Of a stretch of DNA of 64,000 nucleotides, positions 51,296 to 63,497 are shown one piece after another. The DNA lies in contig CM120641.1 of the NCBI GenBank assembly GCA_051362555.1, positions 16,306,001-16,370,000 of the forward strand, read 5' to 3'. The position numbers and the translations under genes were made by a program. Source of the stretch: Lingula anatina (taxonomy: Eukaryota; Animalia; Brachiopoda). Each line of letters opens with the position of its first letter. Within the stretch, counting starts at the first letter, position 1. Below the pieces are notes generated by a model, which was not told the DNA's origin, searched no databases, and saw nothing but the letters and a program-made list of their open reading frames with translations.

Positions 51296-54200
51296 AATAA
51301 CATAACATAACATAACATAACATAACATAATTTTATTTCACGTCAGTTTTCCAACAAGCACAACACTAGCCATAGCAGGCTAATATCACCGACAGAATGA
51401 AATAAATTAATGTGAAGTACTATAATAGTGATATAAAATTTAAATAAATAAATAATTTATTTTTATATGCAGTTGTTTTACCTGAGAAAAAATTAAAAGT
51501 ATTTAAGTGTTTAACACTATTTATTGTATAAAAGTGAGATGTTGCCTTAGAGGCTACCTGAGATTTAAAACCAGAATGCCTTTTAGGCTATACATTTGCA
51601 CACAATTCACATTTCCAGTTTGACTGGGGTGTCCAGTTTTGGACCATACCTTTAGAAGTGTCCAGATCTTTACAATTTTTCATTGATACTGGCAACATAT
51701 TCCATAGTTTAGCACCACTGTAGGCTAATGAATTTAATCCATAGCATTTTGTCCTGCAGTGCTTCTGAAGCAACTGATTTGAGTTCCTTAAGCTGTAAGG
51801 TACTTCTTTAACACTGAACAAATCCCACATGAAAGGTGGGGAGAGCTTATTTACTGATTTAAACACTTCAATTATTACAGCTCTATTCCTAGAAAGCTCA
51901 AGAGTAGATAACCCTGCTTTCTCTAGTAATGTACTATAACTAGACTCAAAATCATCATACACAAACTTTAAGGCTCTGTACTGAATGCGTTCCATCTTTG
52001 CACAATCTACAGCACCACAAAAGTTCCAAGCTAAAGCACAATAGTTAAACTGTGATAAAATAAAACATCTAAAGACTTGTAGTCTAGACATTTCATCAAG
52101 GTACTGTGAAAGTCTCTGTAACACTTTAAGTTGAGCACCTGCCTTCTTACATAGTACACTGATATGATAATGAAAATTAAGTCTTTCATCAATATTCACA
52201 CCTAATAGTTTCACATGTGGTTCTGTGGTGATATTAGCATTATCAATACTGATAGTATTCCTATCTGTAGTTTCATTTAACATAATAGCATGAAATTTAG
52301 ATGGGTTAGCCTCCATCATATTGTCTCTGAACCACTTTATGGCAGTCTCTGACTCTGTAGTTAGAGTCTCTATCACCTCCTGTCGGGTTGGGTGCATAGC
52401 GACTAGAGTGTTGTCGTCAGCATAGTTGTATAACGACGCTCTGGTGATCGTTGCGTAAATGTCATTCATGAAGACATTGAAGAGGATCGGTCCCATGATG
52501 GAACCCTGCGGGACCCCCTTTACCAGCGGTAGCCAATCACTGACATGTCCAGAGAGTTTAACCCTCTGACTGCGTGACGAAAGGTACGCCCATATCAAGG
52601 CACAACCTTTTTGCGACATGCCGTAGGCCCTGAGCTTGGCGATAATGAGCTGGTGCGGCAAACAGTCGAACGCCTTGCTCAGGTCCATTAGGATGGCTCC
52701 TGCGTGGTTGCGATTTTCCAAGGACTGCTTCCAGTCCTCGATCAAGCGAAGAAGCACATACTGGCAGTTGTATCCTCTCCTATAAGCGGCCATCCTGGGA
52801 TCCAGGATCCGTTGAAGGAAAGGCGCCAGCTGATGATGAAGTATCTTCTCCAGTACTTTGGACATAGCAGGCAAGATACTAACAGGCCTGTAGTTTTTCA
52901 TGATAAGATTGTCATCCTTCTTGAAGAGTGGCACCACTTCAGCAAGTTTGGCACCATCCGGAAATACACAGGTATCAACACACTGATTGTAGATTGACGT
53001 GATGTGGTGACTAAGGCATGTAGCTACAGGTTTCAGTAATCTCGGTGGTACACTGTCCCAACCTGTTGCCTTAGTAGTGTCCATGTCATTAATAATTTTC
53101 ATTACATCATCTGGTGTGGTATGTTCAAAAGTGAAATCACAATTGTTCATACTAGATTTGATATTTTGCACACTTGGATGATCAGTGAAGTAAGTTTCAC
53201 ACTGTTGTACAAAGTCTGTATTGGAGGTCATCCCTTGATCTAGATCAAGGTTACCCCCAATCTGCGATGCAATATTCACATAAAAATTGTTCATCACATT
53301 GGCTACTTCCTGCGGCTTAGTCTCAATGGCATTTTCTGTTCGTATCATGATGGAGTTTCCATCGCTGGACCCTTTGTTTGTGAGGAAGGGCTTTATCGTA
53401 GACCAGAAATCACAGTTTTTAGGTCCATTTCTGCACTTGGCATTGAAATAGTCCTTTATGGCCTGTTTCCTTATGCGAGTTGTACGGTTTCTTTGAGATC
53501 TGTACTTTTCCCAGTTAGCATCTGTAGGGAATCTCCTGAACTTATTTTGCAGTCGTTTTTTGTCTCGCACAGCCTTTCGTAAGGTTTTGTTCATAAAAGG
53601 AGCCTCTTTGGCTCGCACTTTGACAGTTTTCAGGGGTGCATGTTCATCCATAATCTCCCTGAGCATAGTTTGAAGAGCCCAGTAATTATCAGATGGGTCT
53701 TCAAAGATTTCACATACAGTATAGGGAATGTAGTTCACTTCCTGAATGTATAAATCCATGTTAAATTGCTTATAATTGCGATAAGTCACTGTTTTTGCTG
53801 GCAGCCTGGCAGCAAACAGTTTGAACACAACATATATCATGTCATGCGAATCACTTAATCCTGTATTCATGGTTGCTGATTTAACACATTTGTCAGCTCG
53901 GCTCACAAGTATCACATCTATAAGAGTAGATCCATGAATAGTGTGATTTGTAGGTTGTTTGATCAGCTGCTCTAAATCATACTGATCACACAAGTCTCTT
54001 AATGGCTCACCTTTGGCGTCATGTAGCAAATCGAAGTTGAGATCACCTAACACACATATGTCGGTGTAGTTACTGTGAGCTTTGTCCAAAATGTTAGCCA
54101 TTTCTTCAGTAAAGGTTGCATTTTGTAGACTAGGTGGCTTATAAGCGCACATGAGGAGATACTTTGACTTTTTATTAGGCACTACCTCCACGGTTATCAT

Positions 54201-54660
54201 TTCCACAGCTTCGGTCTCATGGCATTTCATCCGACGACAGGGTATATCCGACCTGATGTAGACCATGACACCGCCACCTTTTTCATCACGGTCTCGTCGA
54301 AACAGCCGGTAACCATCAATTCTGAACTGCTCATCTGGGAATGAGTCGTCCACCTTGGTTTCTGCTATGCCTAGTAGATCCACTGGTACTCGTCTCAGTG
54401 ATTCACGGATGTGAATTACTTTGTGGCGAAAACTGTTAATGTTTATGTAGGCAGCAATAAACCCTTTGGGATGGTCCTTTTTGATGTTATCAAAGAAATC
54501 AGTATTTTCACACTCACCATCACTACTGCTGGAGTACTGTGTACTATCCAATACTGAGTTATCAAAGAAAGAATCACTGATTGATGGCAATTGACAATTG
54601 TAGCAGTGCCAATCGCTGTCACTTGCTGATAGTCTCCCATGTTCAGCGTTAGACACAAAA
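51296..54660 (-). mobile_element. 5'-truncated CR1/L2-group (Crack/Daphne-like) non-LTR retrotransposon
   Basis: Open APE+RT frame; 3'UTR stem-loop TAGCC-tgctat-GGCTA; AATAAA followed by a (TTATG)n tail at 51330-51296. No clear TSD. Confidence 0.92.
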
Positions 54661-54698
54661 ATAAATAGTGAGAAAGCTTCATGTGCCTCAAAACACAC
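51588..54698 (-). CDS. LINE ORF2: partial PHD, apurinic-like endonuclease, reverse transcriptase
   Basis: WHCYNC PHD end; NINS, AETK, GGGV, GDLNFD, TLIDVI and SDSHD (endonuclease); NYRPVSILP, DLSKAFD, GVPQGSIMGP and YADD (RT). No stop codon over ~1020 codons. Confidence 0.95.
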   Translation of the reverse strand: MCFEAHEAFSLFIFVSNAEHGRLSASDSDWHCYNCQLPSISDSFFDNSVLDSTQYSSSSDGECENTDFFDNIKKDHPKGFIAAYININSFRHKVIHIRESLRRVPVDLLGIAETKVDDSFPDEQFRIDGYRLFRRDRDEKGGGVMVYIRSDIPCRRMKCHETEAVEMITVEVVPNKKSKYLLMCAYKPPSLQNATFTEEMANILDKAHSNYTDICVLGDLNFDLLHDAKGEPLRDLCDQYDLEQLIKQPTNHTIHGSTLIDVILVSRADKCVKSATMNTGLSDSHDMIYVVFKLFAARLPAKTVTYRNYKQFNMDLYIQEVNYIPYTVCEIFEDPSDNYWALQTMLREIMDEHAPLKTVKVRAKEAPFMNKTLRKAVRDKKRLQNKFRRFPTDANWEKYRSQRNRTTRIRKQAIKDYFNAKCRNGPKNCDFWSTIKPFLTNKGSSDGNSIMIRTENAIETKPQEVANVMNNFYVNIASQIGGNLDLDQGMTSNTDFVQQCETYFTDHPSVQNIKSSMNNCDFTFEHTTPDDVMKIINDMDTTKATGWDSVPPRLLKPVATCLSHHITSIYNQCVDTCVFPDGAKLAEVVPLFKKDDNLIMKNYRPVSILPAMSKVLEKILHHQLAPFLQRILDPRMAAYRRGYNCQYVLLRLIEDWKQSLENRNHAGAILMDLSKAFDCLPHQLIIAKLRAYGMSQKGCALIWAYLSSRSQRVKLSGHVSDWLPLVKGVPQGSIMGPILFNVFMNDIYATITRASLYNYADDNTLVAMHPTRQEVIETLTTESETAIKWFRDNMMEANPSKFHAIMLNETTDRNTISIDNANITTEPHVKLLGVNIDERLNFHYHISVLCKKAGAQLKVLQRLSQYLDEMSRLQVFRCFILSQFNYCALAWNFCGAVDCAKMERIQYRALKFVYDDFESSYSTLLEKAGLSTLELSRNRAVIIEVFKSVNKLSPPFMWDLFSVKEVPYSLRNSNQLLQKHCRTKCYGLNSLAYSGAKLWNMLPVSMKNCKDLDTSKGMVQNWTPQSNWKCELCANV

Positions 54699-55789
54699 AC
54701 TGAATGTTATTTAAATATCAGTTTTTTGCTCAAACCTTCTTTTTGATATGTACAAGAATCAGTCAAAGTAAACTCTTTTCTGTATATGAACTTTGTTTAT
54801 TTGCTCATTTAGGTGTAAAAGAAGGCAACATGGAATGGCTGTAGCTATTATGCTTATAACTGGAAAGGAATATAAAAAATACAAGATCAATGAATTGTTT
54901 TTCTGAATAAACTTTAGCCGTAAACTAATAATTTTTGGTTAAACTACCTACTGTCTTTTTGGAAAAAAAGTCCCCTTACATTATTGGTACTAGTGTCAAC
55001 AATATTAAAGTTAGGTGAAAGAACCAAGGAATAAACTTAAAATCTCCAGTAAGAAAATGAGGAAACTGATATTGCTAGGTGCGCTGTGATGAAAACTTTC
55101 TTTATCAGTTTGGTAAATTTCATTCACAAAAATGCAAATATTGTCAGACTTAAAAATAAATATTTGAAAGCTGTAAGCAACAAAATATAATGCAAGTTGT
55201 TTTGTAGAGTGCAGGAGTATGCAAGCTGTTATTTTATGATATATTTGCTTGAAGCTTTTTGCATGTAATTCTCTACATGCTGTTTATATACTGTTTGACT
55301 CCAATTTTTATACATTTAGCAAATGCTTATCTATTCCAAGTTGGCAAAGTTTAAAGCCACATAATCTGCAGCTTTTTTAGATACTCATTAATACAGCCAT
55401 GAGAATGATGGTTGAATCCAGAATGTTCAACACTGCTCTTTTAACTCTACAACATTGATTACAAGAAGTACTGATATGGGCAAAAGCTATACTCTGACAA
55501 ACTTGAGGTACTTCTTGAGTATCTTACAATGATTTTTGAAATGGCATTTCCATCAACAAAAAGTGTGTATGTGAATTCAATGAATTTTCAGAATAAATGC
55601 ATATGGGACAAAACCTGGCGTTTTCAATCTTTGTAACAAGGTCACAAAAGAAAAAAACTTCTGCAGATGCCTTCTCTTTGAATGTTATTGGTCTTGTTTT
55701 TCTTAAAGAACATTGGTTGATCCAACACATGCTGTGGATGCAAGTTTTTACTGGTACACTAAATTTTGAATGGTGTGGAAAGTAGTTTC

Positions 55790-58700
55790 TCACACAGAAC
55801 ATTCATAGACTGGAGTTGTAGGACTAGCAGGACTGACAGAAGATGATGTGGCTGACAGGTTTCTTTCAAAGTGAGAAGGAGGCTTCCTTTTCTGAAATGC
55901 AACAATAAATTGTAAAAAAAATCTTTCTTTAAATTGTTAAAAAATAACCCTTTCTTTTAAACTGACCAATAAAATGCTGTTCTTAATCAATTTTTAAAAT
56001 TCTTTTTCAAGAAAAAAATCTTTTTGACTTTTATGTATGACAGCACAACAAATTACAGCAAGACATGAGCTGGGCTCTGTTTATCAGTAAATTTCAGCCG
56101 AATGCTCAATAATATCCTAATTGGACTTTAAAATGTAAAATATTTTGTAAGTTATATTTTATTTAGGGCAGGATTTTGATTTAGATGTCTATAATTATCC
56201 AGTAGTTTGTCTGAAAGAAATTTTATTCAGGAATAAACTTGCATAAGATCTTCAGTGAACAAAATTCTGATGATAAGAATATCCCTCATACTGAAGAAAA
56301 AAAATCACTTAATATCCTTATTGGTCACTTACATCTGATTCACTGTTATTTCTCTGCTTGCTGTATGGTTGCTCTTCACATGACAGATGCCTTACCATCT
56401 GCTCAGCTGCTGCTTCAAAAGATGATGAAGCTGCTGTAGGTTTTATTGCATTGTCTGATGTCTCCCTCTGCTGAGCTGGCAAGTTTCCAAAATTGTCACC
56501 GGGTGTTTTGCCTTTAGGTGTATCCGATGGAGGAAGTCTATGAACAAAGGCACTTCCTGACGCCACCCCCTTGTTTCTTGGTGTCTCTGGCTGACTATGA
56601 GATTTTTTGTGATAGCTGCTAGCTGTAGTGCTATCCTTACCCCTTGAGCTCTCTGTTGGATATGGAGGAGGCTTATCATTGCTGTTATTGATTTTGGTTT
56701 GGCCTCTAGCAGAGGCATTGAATTTGGTATTGTTGGGGCTAGTGGTGCTTGTGTTTTTAGGTGTACTGGTCTTGGGCCTGACATCTTTGTCTGTAATCAG
56801 TTGCTCTCTCTCATCATCCTGTTAAACAGAAGCACTTTGTATAAATGTCTGATAATGAGACTGAGAAGATGAAACAACCCATTTTACAGGAAATCTTAGT
56901 AAGAAGACAGTTTTGCCATCTGAAAAAAGTTTTTCTGATTGACAATACTAGTATTACCATTATTAAATTTGTTGAAATCATGTTGTTTTTTATTACAAAT
57001 TAGGCATAAATGCTGCTTTTGAATTCACCATGCAAAGTTCACTCAGAATGCTTTGGTTAAAATTAATTCACTAGTTTCAAAATGAATCCTGAAAAATGAC
57101 AAAAATTAGACTTCTAGAAAAGCCCCAAAAGTGTTCCCTTCATTAAAACAATCAATAATGGCATCATTACACATTAAACACAGATTTCTACTGGAAAGAG
57201 ATATATTACAGTTACCATTGGTTCTGTTTCAAACACTTCACTCTCTACTGCTGACACCACTCGTAGTCTGGTCTCTAACTCGCTTTCTGTCACAGAGATT
57301 TCATTTCTTACTGAACCATTCACTGACATTGTGTCACGGGAATGTTTTCTGCGCATATTTTCCTCAATATCATTGCAGAGCTCTATATACTGGTTGACAT
57401 AATTGTTCAGAACTTGGTTTCTGTTGCTGTTCTAAATAAGATTGAGAGAAAATAATGAATATAAATGTTCACAAGCTCCTCCAGCATGCTGTTAATATGT
57501 AATTGATTAGTTTTTCACTTTACTGAAGGGCAGTAACAGTCAAATCATTCACAGTTATGTAATTTTGGAATAAAATGTAGTGTAGTAGGAAAATGCACCA
57601 GAAGCTTCCTTATGCAATAAAAAAAAAGCTTTTTGTGGTTTACTTTGGCTTAGCATCAAGATTTTTGACTTTTACAGCAGAATAAATCTATTGTTAAAGT
57701 TGCTTTATAAATTTCTAGCATCATGTGTCAAAGGGTTCAAAGAAAAGAGCATGCCAAAATAAGTTGATCAGTGATCCAAATCTTTCTATAAGGTGCCTTA
57801 GTCATTAATCAGCTATATTATTGTAAACTGTATATACTAGGCTTAAAAAAGGTTGTTTTTTGGTGCAACATTCAAAACAAAATCAACCTCTTACCCCCAA
57901 GAAACTTAAATATAACATTTTAACTTTGTAACAATAATTTATATTTGAATTTCTTGTATTTTTTATGTCCTCCCCCATAAAAAACTGGAGAAATATCAGA
58001 GGGGCCGAGTGCTTTGTCTGCCTAAACCTAGCAGTGGCTATGGAAATTCTTCATCATCAGATCCAAAGATCCCTATAAAATTGTGTTATGGACAAACTGA
58101 TTAAAGAAGATATGTGCAGGCATAAATGGGCCATATGGTACTAAAAATACAAAAGATTATACCTTTTTCAGTAAAATGAATATGAAGATGATGAACATTA
58201 ATACTGCAATCCCTGCCACTACAGCTGTGAGCACTGAATCCACTGTAGAAGGGAATCTGTGATTTGATACCATAATACTATTCTGAATGGCTACCAGACT
58301 CTGTATGGTCAAACAGCAGAGGAAAAATACATCCTGAAGTAAAAAAATTTCCTTTATACTATAAATGGATAAGTAACAAACTTTTCTGTTGGATGAAAAA
58401 AAGAGATTTTAAAAAATTCAATATTTCAAACAAGTCAATGTAAGTCACTATGGTTCAAAGTGCACATACCAAAATTAAAAACAACAGAGAGCTTCTGATA
58501 TCTAATAACATGTATATCTATCCCTTACCAGTAATGTAGTTGTTAAGAAAATGCTCAGCCTTTGAGTGATAAAGTAGTAAACAACAACCAGTATCAGGAA
58601 GAACAACATTGTTATCTCCATTCGCTCGTCTGCTTCTTGTGCATTATTTCCAAATGTTGCAAATGTAAGGAAGGTGATAATTCCCTGAAATAAAGTTTTT

Positions 58701-59156
58701 TTTCTTTTCACTCAAGTGATGGGTAATTATTATAATCAAAGTTTGTTAAAAAAATTAAAACATTTGTTTATACACAGAATGAGAGTGCTTCTTAAACCTC
58801 CGTAAAAATAAGATTTTAATTATAATGGCCTACAGACTATTAGTTATTGAATAGAATTCTATGCAGTAATAGCACAGCATATGTTACAGCAAGCAGATGT
58901 TTCCTTATAATAGTAACCACTTTCATTCCATTTGAACTTCATTCCATGTGAAATATACCAAAACTTTGAACAAATATTTCATTTTTACCATCACTAAAAA
59001 TACATTCCATATGTAGAAAGTGGGCTTTCTCTTGACAAACAACTTGATGGTGTAGTCTTCGTGTTGGAACCAGGTTGCACTGTCCATGCTAGGTTCTATG
59101 ACTGGCACCTCCTCATCCACCATTACACAGGGATTTAATTCCCACTCCGGACTGCC

Positions 59157-59187
<31 letters not shown>

Positions 59188-61711
59188 GAATAGCAGGGTT
59201 ATGGAAAGTTGTCTTTAGTGCAGTTTGTTGTGTGTTGTTCATTATATCTGAATCACACAGTTATGGAAGTATATCTTTTATATGATTTAAGAATAAAGCA
59301 TTAAACAGCTAAATCCAAGACAACAGTTGCATCTTTAAAAAGCTGTGTATTCATAATATGTAATGGGGTTTTCATGTTTTATGTCTTAAAAGTCAAATGT
59401 ATCCATCTTGTGAATATGGTAATATGCATTGACAGGAAAAGATTTTTAATAAAACCCAATCAACGAAAGTAAATAATAATCCTTTGTAATATTCTAATAT
59501 AAAACTGTAAAAATGACAATAAACATGGAGAAAACATGTTAAAATCAGCCACTGAAATGCTAAGAACTATACTTACCCTCTTTGTCTGTGGATTGGTAAA
59601 ATAACTCATCCTTCATTAATGTGTCCTTCTGGAACTGCAGGTTGTGCTGTGTCCATTCAGATGAAATATGTATAGGCAACTCCTTATGTGTAAAAAAAAA
59701 ATAAATAAAAAATTAACATTTTTGAAAAATATGTAAAATTATAATAAACAAAAAATCTGATGCTTTTCTAATAATAAACATTTTCTTATATCTTAGAAAT
59801 GCATTTGTATTAATGTGATTTACTCTTCCTACACCTCCAACAAAACTTTTGTAAATGCAATCCTTGGAAAACAGTTTTTTAAGTTGATATACTTTTGTTA
59901 CTGTGATCTATAATAAAGGGCAGCAAAAGTATCAGATATCAGGAAACATACCTGGTAGTCAATGGGATAATTCTTCACATCAAAACTGGCCTTGAAAGTA
60001 CCATTCACTCTCAAAACTAAACCGAAGAATATATATTTTCAAACAATTATGCATTGAACATTACATCATTTTTAAATCTAGTATTTAAATGAACAAGATA
60101 TACCCACCACTCCTATCATAAAAGTGATCAAACATGTACATCTATACCTACATCACATTTCCAATCTTTCTGAATATATATTTACTATAAGGTTTTTATA
60201 GTTTTTTTTTAATCGTTAAAATGACTTTTGTTAGGCACGAGAATAAGAGATCACTTAAAAAAAATCTTAGCAGTTTGTTCTCAATACATTATGTAAGATC
60301 CCATTTCCACAGACACCACTGATCAACACAGATTGATTCAACTCTGCTGGGAGTCTCAGTGAGTGCAATCAGTTAAACTATATGACATGCCTCCTCCTGT
60401 CATTGAAGAGAACACAGGAAAGCTCAGTTTAGCTGACTGTACTCAGCGATAGTCCCCTGCAGATTTGGATCGATATACGTAGTCCGATGGAGTCTATGGG
60501 AATGGGGCCTAATTCAACCTTTGAAAATGTATTAGATCATTGTAGGTTTACCCACCATGAACAACCCAGGGTATGTCACTTCTCCTGTTGTACTCCAGAG
60601 ACTTGGTCTCAGACTTGCTATAGATTTGAACTGCATTCAGCAATACTATCTTGGGGTCCCACTGCTCTGACCAGTTTACAGACTGGAGAGCAAAAGAATA
60701 TATTCAGTGATATTTTTTTTGACATAAAGGGGACATTTAAAGCCTTAATAAAAGTCATTTCCTCAATTTTTGTGGCATTAGAGCCAAGTTAAAATGATAA
60801 AATTTTAAAGATATTCATATCTAATTCTCCTTAGAAGAAAAAGCTACCAGTATTACAAAAACATCCATATAAAAATGTGCAATACAACCAGAGATCTCTG
60901 CTGCTGCAGGTACTGCGTGTTGACAGTAATTACCCTGTCCTCACTTCTACAGGTACTGTAATAAAACCTTCCCCTTATGAGTGGGATCACTGTACAAAAG
61001 ACAGATATCACACCCATTCTTATCTGGATTCTCTCTTTGTCTTTTTGTCATTGATTACATACTGTTCTTTGGTGAAGGAGGTTAATACATGCTTTTGCCT
61101 TTGTTGGTTTGTTTAATAACAGCCTATAATGCAAAAAGATATGGATGGATTTTGATAAAATGTTCAGGTTAGATCAGTAATGGACTAACTTAATATCAGT
61201 CAGATATAAAACTGGGTTCCCATGCCTAGATCGATCCATCTGGATCAGTATAACTCTCTGGGGAGTCTCACTAAATTGCTATCAACTTAACCAGCTTAAA
61301 TGTCTGTTAAGCCTACTGAATGAGTTAGGCATGACAGACAATTAAGCCGGTTAAATTGATAGCAAATTAGTGAGACTCTCCAGGAAGATAGATCGATCCA
61401 AATATCTGTGGGAATGGTCCCTAAGTGTTGATCCAATGATGAGAAGCGAGTTGTTTTGGCGGGGGGTCTGCACTTTTTGAGAGCTTTTCTAGTTGAATAT
61501 AATGATGTTTCATTGGTGTAGTAGTGAGTTGAAATATCAGTATTATTTCTGCCTAATGTCTTCATTTTATTTCGACCAACATAATTCAGGATTCATTTTA
61601 TGTGTTCTTTTTCCATTGATCCTGTACCCAGATAATGTACTATTGAAACTTTATATCAAGATCTGAATGTGATACAGCAATCCTGTTTGTCCACAGGAAA
61701 AATAAATGTGT

Positions 61712-61742
<31 letters not shown>

Positions 61743-63497
61743 GGGGGGGAATCCGTGAATAGAATAACAAAAGACAAAATTTACTACCTCCTCTGCCACC
61801 CCTCTGAGCCTTGTCTCTCTCCATGTCAGGCGCAGATAAAATTGGACAGAAAATGACTGATGCTGCTGGTCAACATCAATTGGGGTTAAAATGCAGCAGC
61901 TCACATTCACCTGCACCTATAGACAAGGAGAATGTTAAAACAGGTCATTAAACACACATCAAGGGAGAATTTGGGCAGCAAACTGATTCTACAGGTGTAT
62001 CAACTTACTGTTACTTACTATCAAATTTTCCGTATTTTTTATTTTTAACACTTCAATACAAGCATTTAACACTCATTTCAAGATTAATAACTGAATGTGG
62101 TGGAGTTAAAAAGAGTATATGCATGGTCATTTCTAGCTGTAATATATATTTTTTTCAAATTACATCCAGATCATACTGTATGCATACTTGTCAAGAATGT
62201 TAAAACAGGCCATTAAACACACATTAAGGGAGAATTTGGATAGCAAACTGATTCTACAGGTGTATTAAGTAACTGTGAGATTTTTTTCCACTTTATAGTT
62301 TGTTAAAAACACTTTAATATATTATTTCTAGTTATCAATAACTATATATGGTGTCAGCAAGAGTATATGGTCATTTCCAAGCAAATTGTTTTTTTTTTCA
62401 TCCAGAACATATTCTATGCAGATTTGGTTGAAGACTAAAGTTAATCCACAGTGTGTGTGTTTTAAATTTGGAAGCTTGTGCATACAGACACAAAAATTCA
62501 ATGAGACTTTAAGCAATTTGAAACCTTCCCTTAAAAACTTTATTTTTTCTTTTGTTAAAGCAAATAAAATATTCTATGAATCTAGAGGGGATCCTTTTAT
62601 GTTCTTAAATACAAAGTACAATATTACATCAAATTTAACTTGGTTTGACATTTGAGAGAGAGCATGATCAATGTGACACATCAATAACTGTTATTCAATC
62701 TTCAGAATGTCTTCTTTTGAAGTTTTTCTGCCCAACTTGAATTGACTTTGCTCCTGTAAACATCACAGTGAATAAATTTCACACACTATGGCATGGTGAA
62801 AAAGCTTTAAGATTATAAAGGGATGATATCATCAAGAAGAATTTCTATTCATCTTGACATGCTACAACTCACAAAGTAATTATTTCAAGTGTAAAGGCTC
62901 TTCATTTAACAAAGCAATGCAGTAAATATTACATGTGCATGTAGTTTTTAGTATTGATTTCCATCATTAATATCATATTAGATAATTTATGGAGTTTCAC
63001 TTGACAAAAACTGTTAAGTTGGCAAATCTGTACATTTAAAAATAAACTTACTAATAGTGACAGGCAGAAGTAAGACATAAAACTACAGCTTAAAGCAATG
63101 CTTAAAATGAGCTTTCAGGATCTGATATATGTACTTGTTAATTTCTTAGCCTAGTGATTATAATGACCCAGATTCTGCATTGTAACAACCTAGAAATGTC
63201 ATACCTGCAGAGCAATACATGTATATATTGGTATCTACATTTACAAGTGAGCTTTGTTTAAGCATACGCTATCCAAATGAAATGGTATCACTCATGTTTT
63301 CAACATCACTTAAACAGTAGATCCAAAGTTTTATTAATGCTACGTATACCCCAATAATTGTAATATATATTCTTCTGCAAAATAAAGAATCTCCGTATAA
63401 TATTCTTATTTACCTTCCTGTTCCTGTGAAGTTCATGTGTTGTGACAAAATCCTCTTCTGCCCCATCTGTAGGATAAATGCCATTAAATCGATCCAT
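55790..63497 (-). CDS. Cys-less (Pro-loop) pentameric ligand-gated ion channel subunit with long C-terminal tail
   Basis: Phase-consistent exons 63497-63414 (start tentative), 61916-61788, 60682-60556, 60016-59952, 59682-59577, 59155-58989, 58684-58529, 58333-58163, 57431-57216, 56818-56333, 55891-55790 (TGA). Motifs IDVD..QSFSVQFYLRLTW, WDPKIVLLN, GTFKASFDVKNYPIDYQ, EW, VKRKPTFYIWNV, and four hydrophobic helices. Confidence 0.85.
59158..59187. repeat. (ATT)n microsatellite abutting a splice acceptor
   Basis: About 10 att units next to the minus-strand AG at 59157-59156. Confidence 0.9.
60293..60512. mobile_element. Palindromic MITE remnant
   Basis: taagatcccatttccacagac and gtctatgggaatggggcctaa are imperfect inverted ends. 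Inner ctgggagtctca motif is shared with the 61.2-kb copy. Confidence 0.55.
61213..61424. mobile_element. Palindromic MITE, same family as 60293-60512
   Basis: ctggggagtctcactaaattgctatcaacttaaccagcttaaatgtctgt is inverted as acagacaattaagccggttaaattgatagcaaattagtgagactctccag; right end tgtgggaatggtccctaa. Confidence 0.7.
61706..61749. repeat. (GT)n followed by a ~24-nt G run
   Basis: Read directly from the sequence. Confidence 0.9.
61929..62400. repeat. ~265-bp tandem duplication in the pLGIC intron
   Basis: agaatgttaaaacagg.cattaaacacacat.aagggagaatttgg..agcaaactgattctacaggtgtat occurs at 61929 and ~62194. Confidence 0.85.

Noticed and set aside
55790-55810. C-terminal ECSV as a PDZ-binding motif
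   Set aside because: Position -2 is Cys rather than Ser/Thr, so it is too weak to claim.
61130-61254. Possible pLGIC exon MDRSRHGNPVLYLTD with a stop, suggesting a pseudogene
   Set aside because: It overlaps a MITE end. The real WxP exon is at 60682-60556 and fits the phases, so the gene looks intact.
62670-62753. Exon-like stretch after a good acceptor (EQSQFKLGRKTSKEDILK)
   Set aside because: No GT donor before the in-frame TAA, and it is not needed for the model. It could be a dead or alternative exon but is unsupported.
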